NCBI GenBank assembly: GCA_046570105.1
Contig: JBKHVI010000006.1
Coordinates: 19,347 to 83,346 of the forward strand
Reading direction: 5' to 3'
DNA: 64,000 nt
DNA from: Bacteriovoracia bacterium
Lineage (GTDB): Bacteria > Bdellovibrionota > Bacteriovoracia > Bacteriovoracales > Bacteriovoracaceae
The notes beneath the pieces were generated by a model. It did no database searches. It was not told the origin of the DNA and worked only from the letters and a program-made list of their open reading frames with translations. The position numbers and the translations under genes are program-made. Positions 1 through 9,639 of the stretch are shown here, one piece after another (the stretch's first letter is position 1; each line of letters begins with the position of its first letter).

Positions 1-1
1 A

Positions 2-412
2 CAAAATGCAGTTTTCGGTTTGCCTGAAGTGAAGCTAGGTTTGATTCCTGGTTTTGGTGGCACGCAACGCCTTTCTCGTCGCACGAATCCTGCTCTCGCC
101 AAAGAATTAGTTTTCTCAGGCAGAAATATGAAAGCCGATGAAGCCATCGTTCGCGGCATTGTCATTCAAGTTTTCACTGACAAATCTTCGCTCATTCAAG
201 GGGCCAAGGATTACCTCGCGATGGTGGCGAAGAATTCACCACTCTCGGTCAGCGTAGCAAAAAAAGTAGTCGACCAAGGGGCGCAAACGACTTTGGAGCA
301 AGGTCTCACTGTTGAGGCGAGCGCTTTTTCACAATTATTCAGTTCTGCGGATATGAAAGAAGGAACAGCGGCTTTCCTAGCGAAGCGTCCAGCTGTTTTT
401 AAAGGAGAATAA
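2..412 (+). CDS. Enoyl-CoA hydratase/crotonase family protein (5'-truncated by window edge)
   Basis: Frame is open to the window start (QNAVFGLPEVKLGLIPGFGGTQRL, crotonase motif); C-terminal DMKEGTAAFLAKRPAVFKGE. Confidence 0.9.
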   Translation, partial: QNAVFGLPEVKLGLIPGFGGTQRLSRRTNPALAKELVFSGRNMKADEAIVRGIVIQVFTDKSSLIQGAKDYLAMVAKNSPLSVSVAKKVVDQGAQTTLEQGLTVEASAFSQLFSSADMKEGTAAFLAKRPAVFKGE

Positions 413-413
413 A

Positions 414-1556
414 ATGTTACTCGGTACTCAATATAAAGAAATCCAAGACATGATGAAAAAATTCTCCGATGGAGAAGTCGGTCCGCTCGCAATGAGTATC
501 GATCACAACGGTGAGATGCCGAAAGCTCTTATAGCTAAGCTGGGAGAAAACGGATTCTTAGGATCATACGTTCCCGAAGAGTACGGCGGCGCAGGTCTTG
601 ATTATCAAAGTTACGCGATCTTAATTGAAGAACTTTCACGCAATTGTGCTTCTACTGGCGTATTCGTTTCAGCACACACTTCTCTGTGTGTTTGGCCGAT
701 TCTCAATTACGGAACAGAAGCGCAGAAGAAAAAATATCTTCCAAAATTGGCAAGCGGTGAATGGATCGGCTGTTTTGCTCTCTCAGAACCTAACGCAGGA
801 TCTGATGCTGGATCACTCACCACCAGTGCTGTCGACATGGGAGATCACTGGGAAATTAACGGCGTAAAAAATTGGATCACTAACGGCAAAGAGGCCAACG
901 TCGCTATCGTTTTTGCTAAAACAAAAAAGACACCCGACTACAAAGGCATTTCTGCTTTCATCGTTGAAACTTCATCGCCTGGCTTCTCGATTATCAAAAT
1001 CGAAGACAAGCTAGGTATTAAAGGTTCATCCACCGCGCAATTGGCGTTTGATAAAGTCAAAGTTCCCAAAGACGCATTGCTGGGTGACCCAGAGAAAGGT
1101 TTCCGTGTTGCTATGGGCACACTTGATGGTGGGCGTATTGGTATCGCTGCGCAAGCTTTGGGTATCGCCCAAGGGGCTTTCACCTACGCCGCTAAATATG
1201 TTCAACAGCGCGTGCAATTTGGTGCTCCGTTGTCGAATCTTCAAGGCATTCAATTTATGCTCGCAGACATGAGCACAAAAATTGCTTCTTCTCGCTTGCT
1301 GATTTATCACGCCTCAGCTCTTAAAGACGCAGGGCTTCCTTATTCTAAGCAATCGGCACAGGCCAAGCTCATGGCATCAGAATCGGCCATGTGGGTCACC
1401 ACTAAAGCGATTCAATTGTGCGGTGGCAATGGATACACCAAGGAATATCCTGTGGAGCGCTATTTCCGAGACGCTAAAATCACTGAAATCTATGAAGGAA
1501 CGAGTGAAGTTCAGCGTATGGTGATCGCTTCTGCGGAGTTGAAAGAGCTGCAATAA
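414..1556 (+). CDS. Acyl-CoA dehydrogenase (short/branched-chain type)
   Basis: GCFALSEPNAGSD, WITNG, GGRIGIAAQALG, ERYFRDAKITEIYEGTSEVQR motifs. Confidence 0.95.
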   Translation: MLLGTQYKEIQDMMKKFSDGEVGPLAMSIDHNGEMPKALIAKLGENGFLGSYVPEEYGGAGLDYQSYAILIEELSRNCASTGVFVSAHTSLCVWPILNYGTEAQKKKYLPKLASGEWIGCFALSEPNAGSDAGSLTTSAVDMGDHWEINGVKNWITNGKEANVAIVFAKTKKTPDYKGISAFIVETSSPGFSIIKIEDKLGIKGSSTAQLAFDKVKVPKDALLGDPEKGFRVAMGTLDGGRIGIAAQALGIAQGAFTYAAKYVQQRVQFGAPLSNLQGIQFMLADMSTKIASSRLLIYHASALKDAGLPYSKQSAQAKLMASESAMWVTTKAIQLCGGNGYTKEYPVERYFRDAKITEIYEGTSEVQRMVIASAELKELQ

Positions 1557-1641
1557 CCAACTGTTTCTGTTAGACGTTAAGGGGATGCTTTGATACGGTG
1601 TCCATGATTTTTATTGTATTTTTGGTGGAGTTGGAAATTCT

Positions 1642-2823
1642 ATGGCGAAAGCAAAAGCTAAGACTAAAATGAAGGCCGTGAAACCTGCAGCAAAAGCGAA
1701 AGGAAAAGTCGTGGCCACAAAAACTACTGTGAAAGCAAAAGCAAAACCAGCAGCTAAAAAAGTCGTCGCTAAGAAACCAGCGGCACCTGCTAAGAAAAGC
1801 ATTTTAAAAACTGCCGGCAAACTTGCTGGTAAAGCGATGGCTGCTTTGTCGAAAGTCGACAAAGAGCGTGCCAAGAAAGAAGCCCTCAAGGCGAAGGCAC
1901 TTGCTGCCAAAGAAAAAGAGCTCGCTAAGAAAGAAGCTGCCAAAGCGAAGCTTGAAGCTGCTAAAGAAAAAGAGCGCGCGAAGAAAGCGGCAGCTCTTGA
2001 GAAAGCCTCTGCTCAAAAAGAAAAAGAGCTCGCCAAGAAAGAAGCTGAAAAAGCGAAGATTCAAGCAGCGAAAGACGCTGAAAAAAATAAAAAGCTCGCA
2101 GCTAAAGATGCTGAAAAAGCAGCTAAGCTTAAGGCCAAAGAAGACGAGAAAGCCGCTAAGATGAAGGCCAAGGAAGACGCTAAGAAGCGTGCTCGTGGCG
2201 AAGAAGTCGAAGACGAAGCTCCTCGCGCTCGCGGCGGCGATGAAGATGATGATGAAGCTGACTTTAAGCGTGTGGCCGCTAAAGGTAAGGGCGGACGCAA
2301 GTTTGATGAAGAAGGCTCGCACGATCTAGAGCGTGGTTTCAAAAAATATTCAGTGAACGATCTCGAAGGCAAGATTGCTGACGAAATCGCCGAACTCCGC
2401 GAGCATTTCGCTTGGAAAGACATTCTGAGTGCCATCGCCACTCTTGAATTTTTCGTTGATCCAAAAGACGACTCATGTGTTGAGAAGGGATGTGACAACA
2501 TCCGCACCACTTTGAGCTGGTGCCGTTTGCATTACCTCAAAAACTGGAAAGGCATCCAACGCAAAAAAGAAATTTTGGCGGAAGGAAAACTTCAGGAATA
2601 CATCGAAGAGTTGATCTCGAAGTATCCACCAAAGTATATCGATGCCATCACTAACGATCTCTCTGATGATAAAGAGTTCTACAAAGTCTTGAACGAACTC
2701 AATATCACTAACGAGTTCGACTTCGAAGAAGAAGACTTCGAGGCTGACAACGACGAAGCCGATACTGACGACATCAGTATCGAGCGCTTCAGCGGCTCAA
2801 TGAGATACGAAGATACCGAGTAA
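1642..2823 (+). CDS. Histone H1-like Lys/Ala-rich protein with C-terminal CxxxxC...CxxH domain and acidic tail
   Basis: About 185 aa of K/A-rich repeats, then CVEKGC-x9-CRLH and a D/E-rich end; GGAG/GGAA upstream; strong terminator downstream. Confidence 0.8.
   Translation: MAKAKAKTKMKAVKPAAKAKGKVVATKTTVKAKAKPAAKKVVAKKPAAPAKKSILKTAGKLAGKAMAALSKVDKERAKKEALKAKALAAKEKELAKKEAAKAKLEAAKEKERAKKAAALEKASAQKEKELAKKEAEKAKIQAAKDAEKNKKLAAKDAEKAAKLKAKEDEKAAKMKAKEDAKKRARGEEVEDEAPRARGGDEDDDEADFKRVAAKGKGGRKFDEEGSHDLERGFKKYSVNDLEGKIADEIAELREHFAWKDILSAIATLEFFVDPKDDSCVEKGCDNIRTTLSWCRLHYLKNWKGIQRKKEILAEGKLQEYIEELISKYPPKYIDAITNDLSDDKEFYKVLNELNITNEFDFEEEDFEADNDEADTDDISIERFSGSMRYEDTE
1909..2058 (+). repeat. Imperfect ~42-bp direct repeat inside the K/A-rich CDS (KEKELAKKEAxKAK x2)
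   Basis: aaagaaaaagagctcgc(t/c)aagaaagaagctg..aaagcgaag at ~1909 and ~2017. Confidence 0.75.
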
Positions 2824-2828
2824 AAATG

Positions 2829-2857
2829 AAAAAGCCCCGAAAGGGGCTTTTTTTTTT
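2829..2857. terminator. Rho-independent terminator, probably bidirectional
   Basis: AAAAA-GCCCC-GAAA-GGGGC-T10 between convergent genes. Confidence 0.9.
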
Positions 2858-2925
2858 GAGACAAATCTTTCAATTTAACCCGCTTAGAACTCAATTCACC
2901 CGTTACCTTTGAGTTGGTTTAATTA

Positions 2926-3393
2926 CTACTCTTCTTCCGGATCAAATCCCGCTTCTTTCAAAAGACGATCGGCTTCGAGCGTGAGAGTGACGTTTTCGCG
3001 GGTGAGTTTGTAGAAGTAGGTTTTGCCTTTCCATTCAACTTCCTGCCAGTTGGGTTCCCAATCAGACCATTCGTCAGTGGCGAAGATTTCATCGAAGAAA
3101 AGTCCGGCGACATCGATCAGAGCGGCCTGAGTGATTTTGAGTTTTTCTGGAGTTGTGAATTCACTCGCGTCACAAGAGAGAAAGCAAGTTGTCGCCGACT
3201 CAACCGGCTCTTTGGGATTAAAACCGATAATGATCAGCAATTCTTCAGAGTAAATCTGACCATAAACATCAAAAGTGCGTACTTGTGCGTCGCATTCCTT
3301 AGCGTAGGTCTGATTTAAGAGTGATTTAACGGTTTCAGACCATTCCGAGGGAAGTGGTTGACCTTCAAGTGAGCTTGATTTGCGGCCGAGCAT
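2926..3393 (-). CDS. Hypothetical acidic protein
   Basis: 155-aa ORF, AGAGGA upstream of ATG, fills the gap between terminator and thiolase. Confidence 0.75.
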   Translation of the reverse strand: MLGRKSSSLEGQPLPSEWSETVKSLLNQTYAKECDAQVRTFDVYGQIYSEELLIIIGFNPKEPVESATTCFLSCDASEFTTPEKLKITQAALIDVAGLFFDEIFATDEWSDWEPNWQEVEWKGKTYFYKLTRENVTLTLEADRLLKEAGFDPEEE

Positions 3394-3498
3394 AAGAATT
3401 CCTCTGCGACAGGGCGAGTTTTTTACTTGGAGTCGCCGTTGGGTATTACTAGAATAGGGGAATAGTTAAATCGCGACTCTTTTTCAAGGATTAAAGTT

Positions 3499-4662
3499 AT
3501 GGCCGTCTATTTAGTTGCTGGTGCTCGTACTGCTTTCGGAAGCTTCCTTGGAAGTTTGTCGGGTGTGTCAGCGCCGCGGTTAGGCGCTGTTGCGATTAAG
3601 GGTGCAGTAGAGAAGGCCGGACTCTCTGGTGACCGAATTGATGAAGTCTTTATGGGTAACGTCGTACAAGCAGGCGTTGGGCAAGCTCCAGCACGTCAGG
3701 CGACGATCTTTGCTGGTCTTCCTGAATCTGTTCCAGCCACCACCATCAACAAGGTCTGTGGCTCAGGTCTGCAATCAGTCATCTTGGGTGCACGCTCGAT
3801 TTTGACCGGTGATAATCAAATCGTCGTTGCTGGCGGCATGGAAAATATGTCGATGGCGCCGCATATGTTGATGGGGTCGCGTAATGGTGTGAAGTTTGGC
3901 GCTACTGAAATGAAAGATAGCATGCAGTGGGATGGCCTATGGGATGTGTACTCAAATCGTGCCATGGGAAATTGTGCAGAAGAATGTGTGAAGAAATTTG
4001 CGATGACTCGCGCAGAACAAGATGCATTCGCGATGGAGTCATTTAAGCGTGCGCAAGCTTCTCTAAAAGATGGCTCATTTAAAAATGAAATCGTTGCGGT
4101 TTCTATTCCGGGTAAGGGTGGCAACACTGATATCCTCGAAGATGAAGGCCCATTTAAAGCTAACTTTGAAAAAATGCCCGGTCTTCGTCCGGCGTTTGAA
4201 AAAGACGGCACCATCACGGCCGCCAATGCATCGACCATCAATGACGGAGCGGCCGCTCTGGTTTTAGGTGGGGATAGTTTTGCCGGGACAGCGAAATACA
4301 AAATCGTTTCGTGGGCATCTCACGCGCAGAATCCAACATGGTTCACGACTGCACCTGTCGCTGCTATTCAAAAAGCACTCGAGAAGGCTAAACTCAAAAC
4401 TGAACAAATTGATGCTTGGGAAATTAACGAAGCTTTCGCTGCTGTTACTATGGCAGCGATGCGTGAGTTGAAACTCCCTCATGAAAAAGTGAATAAACTC
4501 GGTGGTGCGGTAGCGATTGGACATCCGATTGGAGCTTCAGGCGCGCGTATTCTTTTAACACTGACTACTGCTCTGGAAAAATCGGGCGGTAAGTTTGGTT
4601 GTGCGGCGATTTGTATCGGTGGTGGTGAGGCACTTGCTGTCGTGGTGGAGAAGGTGAAGTAA
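3499..4662 (+). CDS. Acetyl-CoA C-acyltransferase (thiolase)
   Basis: INKVCGSG, NEAFA, GHPIGASG, CIGGG motifs. Confidence 0.95.
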   Translation: MAVYLVAGARTAFGSFLGSLSGVSAPRLGAVAIKGAVEKAGLSGDRIDEVFMGNVVQAGVGQAPARQATIFAGLPESVPATTINKVCGSGLQSVILGARSILTGDNQIVVAGGMENMSMAPHMLMGSRNGVKFGATEMKDSMQWDGLWDVYSNRAMGNCAEECVKKFAMTRAEQDAFAMESFKRAQASLKDGSFKNEIVAVSIPGKGGNTDILEDEGPFKANFEKMPGLRPAFEKDGTITAANASTINDGAAALVLGGDSFAGTAKYKIVSWASHAQNPTWFTTAPVAAIQKALEKAKLKTEQIDAWEINEAFAAVTMAAMRELKLPHEKVNKLGGAVAIGHPIGASGARILLTLTTALEKSGGKFGCAAICIGGGEALAVVVEKVK

Positions 4663-5789
4663 TGGTCAATCCAACACCGGCCGCTAAACCAGCAGCAGCA
4701 GCTCCTGCCCAACAGGCCAAGTCGGGACTCAGACAAATGCGCCCGGGCGAGATTCTATTTAATGATGGCGAGAATGCTGATTCACTCTACATCATTCAAA
4801 AAGGTCAGATTCGTCTCTATAAACCCAAAGGCAAAGGGTTTATTGAGATTGCTGTTTTGCGCGCTGGTGAAGTTATCGGGGAGATGGCCTTCTTTGATGA
4901 AGATGGTTCAGGTAAAAAACGTTCAGCTTCTGGTGCCGCCATGGTTCCGACTGAGATTATTGAGATCTCGTTTGTGGCCTTTGCTAAAACCATGGCCACT
5001 TTGAATCCATGGTTCAAAACTATTATTAATACGCTGGCGAATCGTTTACGTAAGGCGAATTCAAGAATTAAAGAACTGGAAAGCAATTCAACCACTCAGT
5101 ACGGTGCCAAAGTCGGCGAGTACGAGTTTATGAAGCCAGCGGAAGTGCTGAAAGTGTTGAGCACGCTTTTCTTAGTTTATAAAACCCATGGTGAAAAACA
5201 CGCCAATGGCGTTTCACTTCATAAGAAGACGCTCGATCTCTATTCTAACGAAATTTACAACATCGCAGAAGCCAAGATGGATGCTGTTTGTTTGACTTTG
5301 AAAGAGTTGGGCTGGATCGAGATTTTAGAAGATGCCGATAAACTTCCTAATCTTTATATCGCTCGTAATATCGAACTTCTTCGTTCGCTCTTTATCTTTT
5401 ACAATACCGAGAAGCACCTGCCAGACGAGAAGAAACTCAAAGTTTCGCAAAACTGCACAACATTCTTAGAAAAGATTTTGCAGTACGCCCCGAAGTATCC
5501 GCCCAAAGATATTCCGAATTTGAAGCCGCAAGATGAGAACGATCGCACTCATCGCTTCACGCAATACTTCAATATCAAGCCTATCTTGGAAGAGTTTAAA
5601 GCGCGCAACGTAGCGATCAACGCAGATCACTTAGATGATGCTCGCTCTGTTCAAGTCGTGGGTGAGCGCTCGATGCAAGGTGATGAGGTCTTGGTTGAGA
5701 TCGACATGGCCAAGCTTCAGCGCATGTATCCCATCATTAAATTTGTGAATTCAGTCACAAAACAGAATAGAGAGAAGGCCGGCTACTGA
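4662..5789 (+). CDS. Cyclic-nucleotide-binding (Crp/Fnr-like) domain protein
   Basis: LFNDGE..DSLYIIQKG..GEVIGEMAF..RSAS cNMP fold; TAATG coupling to thiolase. Confidence 0.85.
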   Translation: MVNPTPAAKPAAAAPAQQAKSGLRQMRPGEILFNDGENADSLYIIQKGQIRLYKPKGKGFIEIAVLRAGEVIGEMAFFDEDGSGKKRSASGAAMVPTEIIEISFVAFAKTMATLNPWFKTIINTLANRLRKANSRIKELESNSTTQYGAKVGEYEFMKPAEVLKVLSTLFLVYKTHGEKHANGVSLHKKTLDLYSNEIYNIAEAKMDAVCLTLKELGWIEILEDADKLPNLYIARNIELLRSLFIFYNTEKHLPDEKKLKVSQNCTTFLEKILQYAPKYPPKDIPNLKPQDENDRTHRFTQYFNIKPILEEFKARNVAINADHLDDARSVQVVGERSMQGDEVLVEIDMAKLQRMYPIIKFVNSVTKQNREKAGY

Positions 5790-5790
5790 T

Positions 5791-7191
5791 TTACAGTGGC
5801 GCCGGCGTATAGAAGAGTTCAATCGTGTCGCCTGAGGCGTACTTCGCAGTACCATTGAGTTGAATGAAATAACCTGTACGATTCAAGGCCGGAGTCGCAG
5901 GATTACCATTCACATCGACTTTAATGTTTTGATTCTCTTGGTACCCAACATAAGACCAACCATTGGTTGAGCTCTGTGGAATATTAGATCCGCGGACGCG
6001 AACAACTATTGTTTCGACGCGAGGAGCGGTGGGGGCGACAGCATAACCGTAATACTCCGTTGGCGTGCGCGTACGAACCACCAAACAGTCCGGATAACTG
6101 ACTCGACCAGCGAAGGTCAAATCAATAAATGTACCTGTTTTAGGTTCACCTGGAGTTGGAAGGATACGTGTATCAACATTGGTGCCCTTTGAGCAACAAG
6201 TGAAATCTTGGTTCATGGTAAGTCGAGTGGCGGTACCACTAGGGGTGAGGGTGAGTTTATCGACGACGATATCGACCGGATCAATGGCATTGTCAGCGGT
6301 GCTGGTGCTGACTTGCCATTTGTTATAAGTATGGCCCACGATCTCTTGGCGAATCGAAGAATTCACACCTGAGTAAATAGCGTACTCATCTTTACACAGA
6401 TCATAACTATCTTTCGTGGCACGAGCCGATTGGTCACTCGCTTGTTCAATATTATAAATGTCTTTCGACATATCGATATAGACTTTGCCTAAGAAGTGAC
6501 CACTGCGGCAGTTGGACGTGTGGGCCACCATACTGAAGAAGCGGAATTGTTGAGCAGCCAAATTCGACTTTAGAGTAACAAAGCGTGCTCTCGCATTATC
6601 GTAGGCAGTTTGATTTACAATAGGAAAGCCATTCAAGTACGACGACGTTTCATTGTCATTACCGTTAGAAACGAGAACAACAAGCGTGTGAGCGCTGTTA
6701 CGGAAAACGAGACCGCCATTAGAAATACGGTTTTGATTGATCAGAGTATAAGCGCGCTCAAAACCACGCTCGTTACTACCTTGTGGAGGACCAAAGAAAG
6801 TGGCGCTATCCGGAGGGACGACGTTGACACTGGTACTCATCGCACCAGCATTGTTAGTAATAACTGGGCGGAAGGTATCCGAGCCACCATCTGGAAGAAG
6901 GGGAGCGACCATCACGCGATAGTCAAATTCTTGTGAGAGACTTTGAATTGTCAGAGCAATTTGGTTGCGAACTGTTGGAGTCAAATAATTCGCCGACGAA
7001 GAGTTATCGACGAGATAAAGAATATCTACCGGTGGTTTCACCAAAGTGTGGTTTGAGCAGGTGAGGTTCTGAAACACTTCCACATTATTGGCGGTGTATT
7101 TTTCAGACTTAGGAGTGCTGGCGAATTCTTCCTTACTACAGCCCCACATCGTCAGGAGTGCAATAAAAAGAACAAGTGTTGGTTTCATCAT
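5791..7191 (-). CDS. Lipoprotein with vWA-like (MIDAS DxSxS) domain
   Basis: Start moved to MMKPTLVLFIALLTMWG-C (lipobox, AGGTG upstream); VDILYLVDNSSS motif. Confidence 0.75.
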   Translation of the reverse strand: MMKPTLVLFIALLTMWGCSKEEFASTPKSEKYTANNVEVFQNLTCSNHTLVKPPVDILYLVDNSSSANYLTPTVRNQIALTIQSLSQEFDYRVMVAPLLPDGGSDTFRPVITNNAGAMSTSVNVVPPDSATFFGPPQGSNERGFERAYTLINQNRISNGGLVFRNSAHTLVVLVSNGNDNETSSYLNGFPIVNQTAYDNARARFVTLKSNLAAQQFRFFSMVAHTSNCRSGHFLGKVYIDMSKDIYNIEQASDQSARATKDSYDLCKDEYAIYSGVNSSIRQEIVGHTYNKWQVSTSTADNAIDPVDIVVDKLTLTPSGTATRLTMNQDFTCCSKGTNVDTRILPTPGEPKTGTFIDLTFAGRVSYPDCLVVRTRTPTEYYGYAVAPTAPRVETIVVRVRGSNIPQSSTNGWSYVGYQENQNIKVDVNGNPATPALNRTGYFIQLNGTAKYASGDTIELFYTPAPL

Positions 7192-7222
7192 AAGGCACCT
7201 GTTTGGTTCATATCGATTAAGC

Positions 7223-7250
7223 TGATCGGTTATTGAGGGGGGAAACTTGA
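7223..7250 (-). promoter_or_regulatory. Putative sigma28/FliA promoter for the vWA lipoprotein
   Basis: Minus strand TCAA-N16-ACCGATCA. Confidence 0.45.
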
Positions 7251-7335
7251 GATCAGGAAAAGATTGCCTCTCACCTTCACCTTCTTTTGATGGGTTACAA
7301 TAAGAAACAATAGTTTCAAGCGGTTGGGAGGACAT

Positions 7336-8139
7336 ATGTCAGAGAGCTGGTACTACGTATTAAAAGGTCAAAGAACAGGCCCGGTCGATGCGAGTGTTAT
7401 TGCGTCTTTAGTGCAAGGTCAGGAACTTCGACCTGATGATTATGTTTGGAAAAAAGGTTTTGAGAACTGGCGCAAAATTAAAGATGTGCCGGAGATCACA
7501 GAACTCAAAGCAGCAGCACCTGTCCCACCGGCCCCACCTAAAATGAATGCACCTGTTGCTGTGAGTGATAGCTTTCGCTTGAGTTCATTGGATGCAGAAG
7601 ACAAAGCCATCTATGTGCGCATCGGAGTTGATCGTGGCGGTTCTCCTTCTGAGTATGGCCCTTACTCTCTCACTCTACTGAAACGTCTCTATGATGAAAA
7701 TCGTATCAACGGTCGCACACAATTTTTTGTTCGCGGGCATTTACAAGAGTGGATGTTCCTCGCAGATCTAAAAGATTTTGAAGAGGTCTTTCATGATATG
7801 CCACCTGTCATTCAAGAAACGGAACGCCGTCGCTGGGTGAGAAAACCTCTCTTGGCCCGCTTATTTGTGCAAAATAATAAAAAAGTATTCGAAGGTGTGT
7901 GCCGCGATATTTCAGTCGGTGGAATGCAAATTCTTACTGATACTTTTCCCGGTAGAGCAGGGGACAAGATTTCAATAAACGTTCATCCAGACAATTCTGA
8001 ATACCACTTCACTGCTGCTGGTACAGTGGTTAGACTTCTGGAAGGAAATCAAGGGTTCTCATTTCGCTTTGATCCCTTGCAAATGGAAGCTCAGAAAGCG
8101 ATAGAAAAGTATATTCAAGATGTGGATCCGACCGTCTAA
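7336..8139 (+). CDS. GYF_2 (DUF4339) x2 plus PilZ domain c-di-GMP receptor
   Basis: WYY..GQRTGP..VWKKGFENW GYF_2 unit, second GPY..QEW unit; PilZ RRRWVR and DISVGG; GGAGGA SD before ATG 7336. Confidence 0.85.
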   Translation: MSESWYYVLKGQRTGPVDASVIASLVQGQELRPDDYVWKKGFENWRKIKDVPEITELKAAAPVPPAPPKMNAPVAVSDSFRLSSLDAEDKAIYVRIGVDRGGSPSEYGPYSLTLLKRLYDENRINGRTQFFVRGHLQEWMFLADLKDFEEVFHDMPPVIQETERRRWVRKPLLARLFVQNNKKVFEGVCRDISVGGMQILTDTFPGRAGDKISINVHPDNSEYHFTAAGTVVRLLEGNQGFSFRFDPLQMEAQKAIEKYIQDVDPTV

Positions 8140-9022
8140 CGAATTTGAAAGACGCGCTCAGCGAGTTAAAACTCACAAAGAGTTGCGCCATTTTCCTTCC
8201 GCTCAAACTGGAGCGAGCTTTAGTGTGCAAACTTGGCGCGCGGAAGGAGTTCAACCTGAGAGACAATTATTATTTTTGCATGGAGCTCTCTCTCATGGTG
8301 GTCGGCACAGCTCAATGTTTGAATGGTTAATACGTTATTTTGGTGGTCGCTTAGAAATTCACGCACTGGATTTTGTTGGCCATGGAATTTCATCTGGTGC
8401 ACGAGCACATATAGAAAAGTTCTCATACTGGGTGGAAGATTTAATTCATCTGCTGACAGATTTATCTCGAGATCAAGAATTAAGCGTTATGGGCCATTCA
8501 ATGGGTGGATTAATCGCATTGAAGGCGATGCTTGAGCATGAGGCGCGCATTCCTGCCAACGTCAAAGCACTTATTTTAAGTAATCCCTGTATTCGGCCAG
8601 TTCAGGTGGTAGATTTTCCCAAAGTCGAAAATTTACTGAATGGAATTGCCGACAAGTTGCCGACCTTTCGCTTTCCGCGAGTTCATAAAGGCCCCATGCT
8701 GGTCAATGATGCGGAAGCGGCCAACGCTTTTGAAACAGATCCACTAATTCCTAATTTTATCACTGCTCAGATGACTCGAGAGATTTGGTACGCTTCTCAA
8801 GAAGTCAGGTCATTGTCTTATTTTCTTAAGCGTCCAACGCTCTTTCTCGTCTCAGACCAAGATCAAGTGGTTGACCGGGATGCTACTTTGCTTTTCGCTC
8901 GTGGTATCGACAAGCATTGGCTTAAGGTCATAGAATATAACAATGTAAAGCATGAGCTGTTGCATGAAACTATCCGCCAACAAGTCTGGCAGGATGTCGC
9001 CTCATGGCTGGAGAACACATGA
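8120..9022 (+). CDS. Alpha/beta hydrolase (lysophospholipase L2-like)
   Basis: LHG, DFVGHG, GHSMGG nucleophile, HELLHE. Confidence 0.88.
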   Translation: MWIRPSNEFERRAQRVKTHKELRHFPSAQTGASFSVQTWRAEGVQPERQLLFLHGALSHGGRHSSMFEWLIRYFGGRLEIHALDFVGHGISSGARAHIEKFSYWVEDLIHLLTDLSRDQELSVMGHSMGGLIALKAMLEHEARIPANVKALILSNPCIRPVQVVDFPKVENLLNGIADKLPTFRFPRVHKGPMLVNDAEAANAFETDPLIPNFITAQMTREIWYASQEVRSLSYFLKRPTLFLVSDQDQVVDRDATLLFARGIDKHWLKVIEYNNVKHELLHETIRQQVWQDVASWLENT

Positions 9023-9552
9023 AGTATTTGATTTTAACAGCTGTTCTATTCATCACTTCATGTGCTGCCTATCGCACTTTTAACCAGACGACTGATGGAA
9101 AAGTGCGCTTCCCTGGCGGAGTGAAGGGAAGTGAATCATGGGACGATTCCATGTATTTCCGCCGCGCCAGTTGGTATCACGGTATGACTCTTTACTACGA
9201 TGCCCTCATCTACAAGGCCGATGCAAAATCACCTTTCAGTCGATGGTTCTCAGATGCTGAAAAAGAATACTTTCAGCGCTGTGATAAGTTGCTCGTAGCA
9301 GTCAACTATAGTGCTGACGCCACTAAGATTTCCCACGTTATGTTTCGTGAACAAATGCGTGCCAATGGTTATGACGATGTGGTGGTGAATACTTTTGCTT
9401 CTTCCGTTAAGACCCATCCCACTTTTCAGGCCTGGAATCTGCAGAACTATAAAATTATTGGCTACTGCAAGCGGCAGGCCTCTCGCGTTGGAAATGGCAA
9501 AGACCTCTACGTAAGCTTCCCATCTTTTAGTGAACTTAAGATTAAAATATAG
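9019..9552 (+). CDS. Hypothetical lipoprotein
   Basis: MKYLILTAVLFITSC lipobox; GGAG SD; ATGA overlap with the upstream gene. Confidence 0.75.
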   Translation: MKYLILTAVLFITSCAAYRTFNQTTDGKVRFPGGVKGSESWDDSMYFRRASWYHGMTLYYDALIYKADAKSPFSRWFSDAEKEYFQRCDKLLVAVNYSADATKISHVMFREQMRANGYDDVVVNTFASSVKTHPTFQAWNLQNYKIIGYCKRQASRVGNGKDLYVSFPSFSELKIKI

Positions 9553-9598
9553 TCTAAATTTCAAGTGGTTAGCTTTCGATTTATCACGCCATATAGAC

Positions 9599-9625
9599 TA
9601 AAGAAATCTCAAAAATATCCGATAG
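9599..9625 (+). promoter_or_regulatory. Putative sigma28/FliA promoter for the Ser/Thr kinase
   Basis: TAAA-N15-TCCGATAG versus consensus TAAA-N15-GCCGATAA. Confidence 0.6.
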
Positions 9626-9639
9626 GACTTTGAGGTCTT

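Noticed and set aside
1611..2510. Several long antisense or alternative-frame ORFs over the K/A-rich gene
   Set aside because: They are shadows of low-complexity GCT/AAA codon usage, with no SD or recognisable protein features
3430..3479. 7-bp inverted repeat GAGTCGC/GCGACTC upstream of thiolase
   Set aside because: Short and widely spaced; plausible by chance
7192..7335. N-terminal 48 aa of the 514-aa ORF call
   Set aside because: The lipoprotein signal peptide and SD begin at 7191/7188; the extension runs through the promoter region up to the divergent gene
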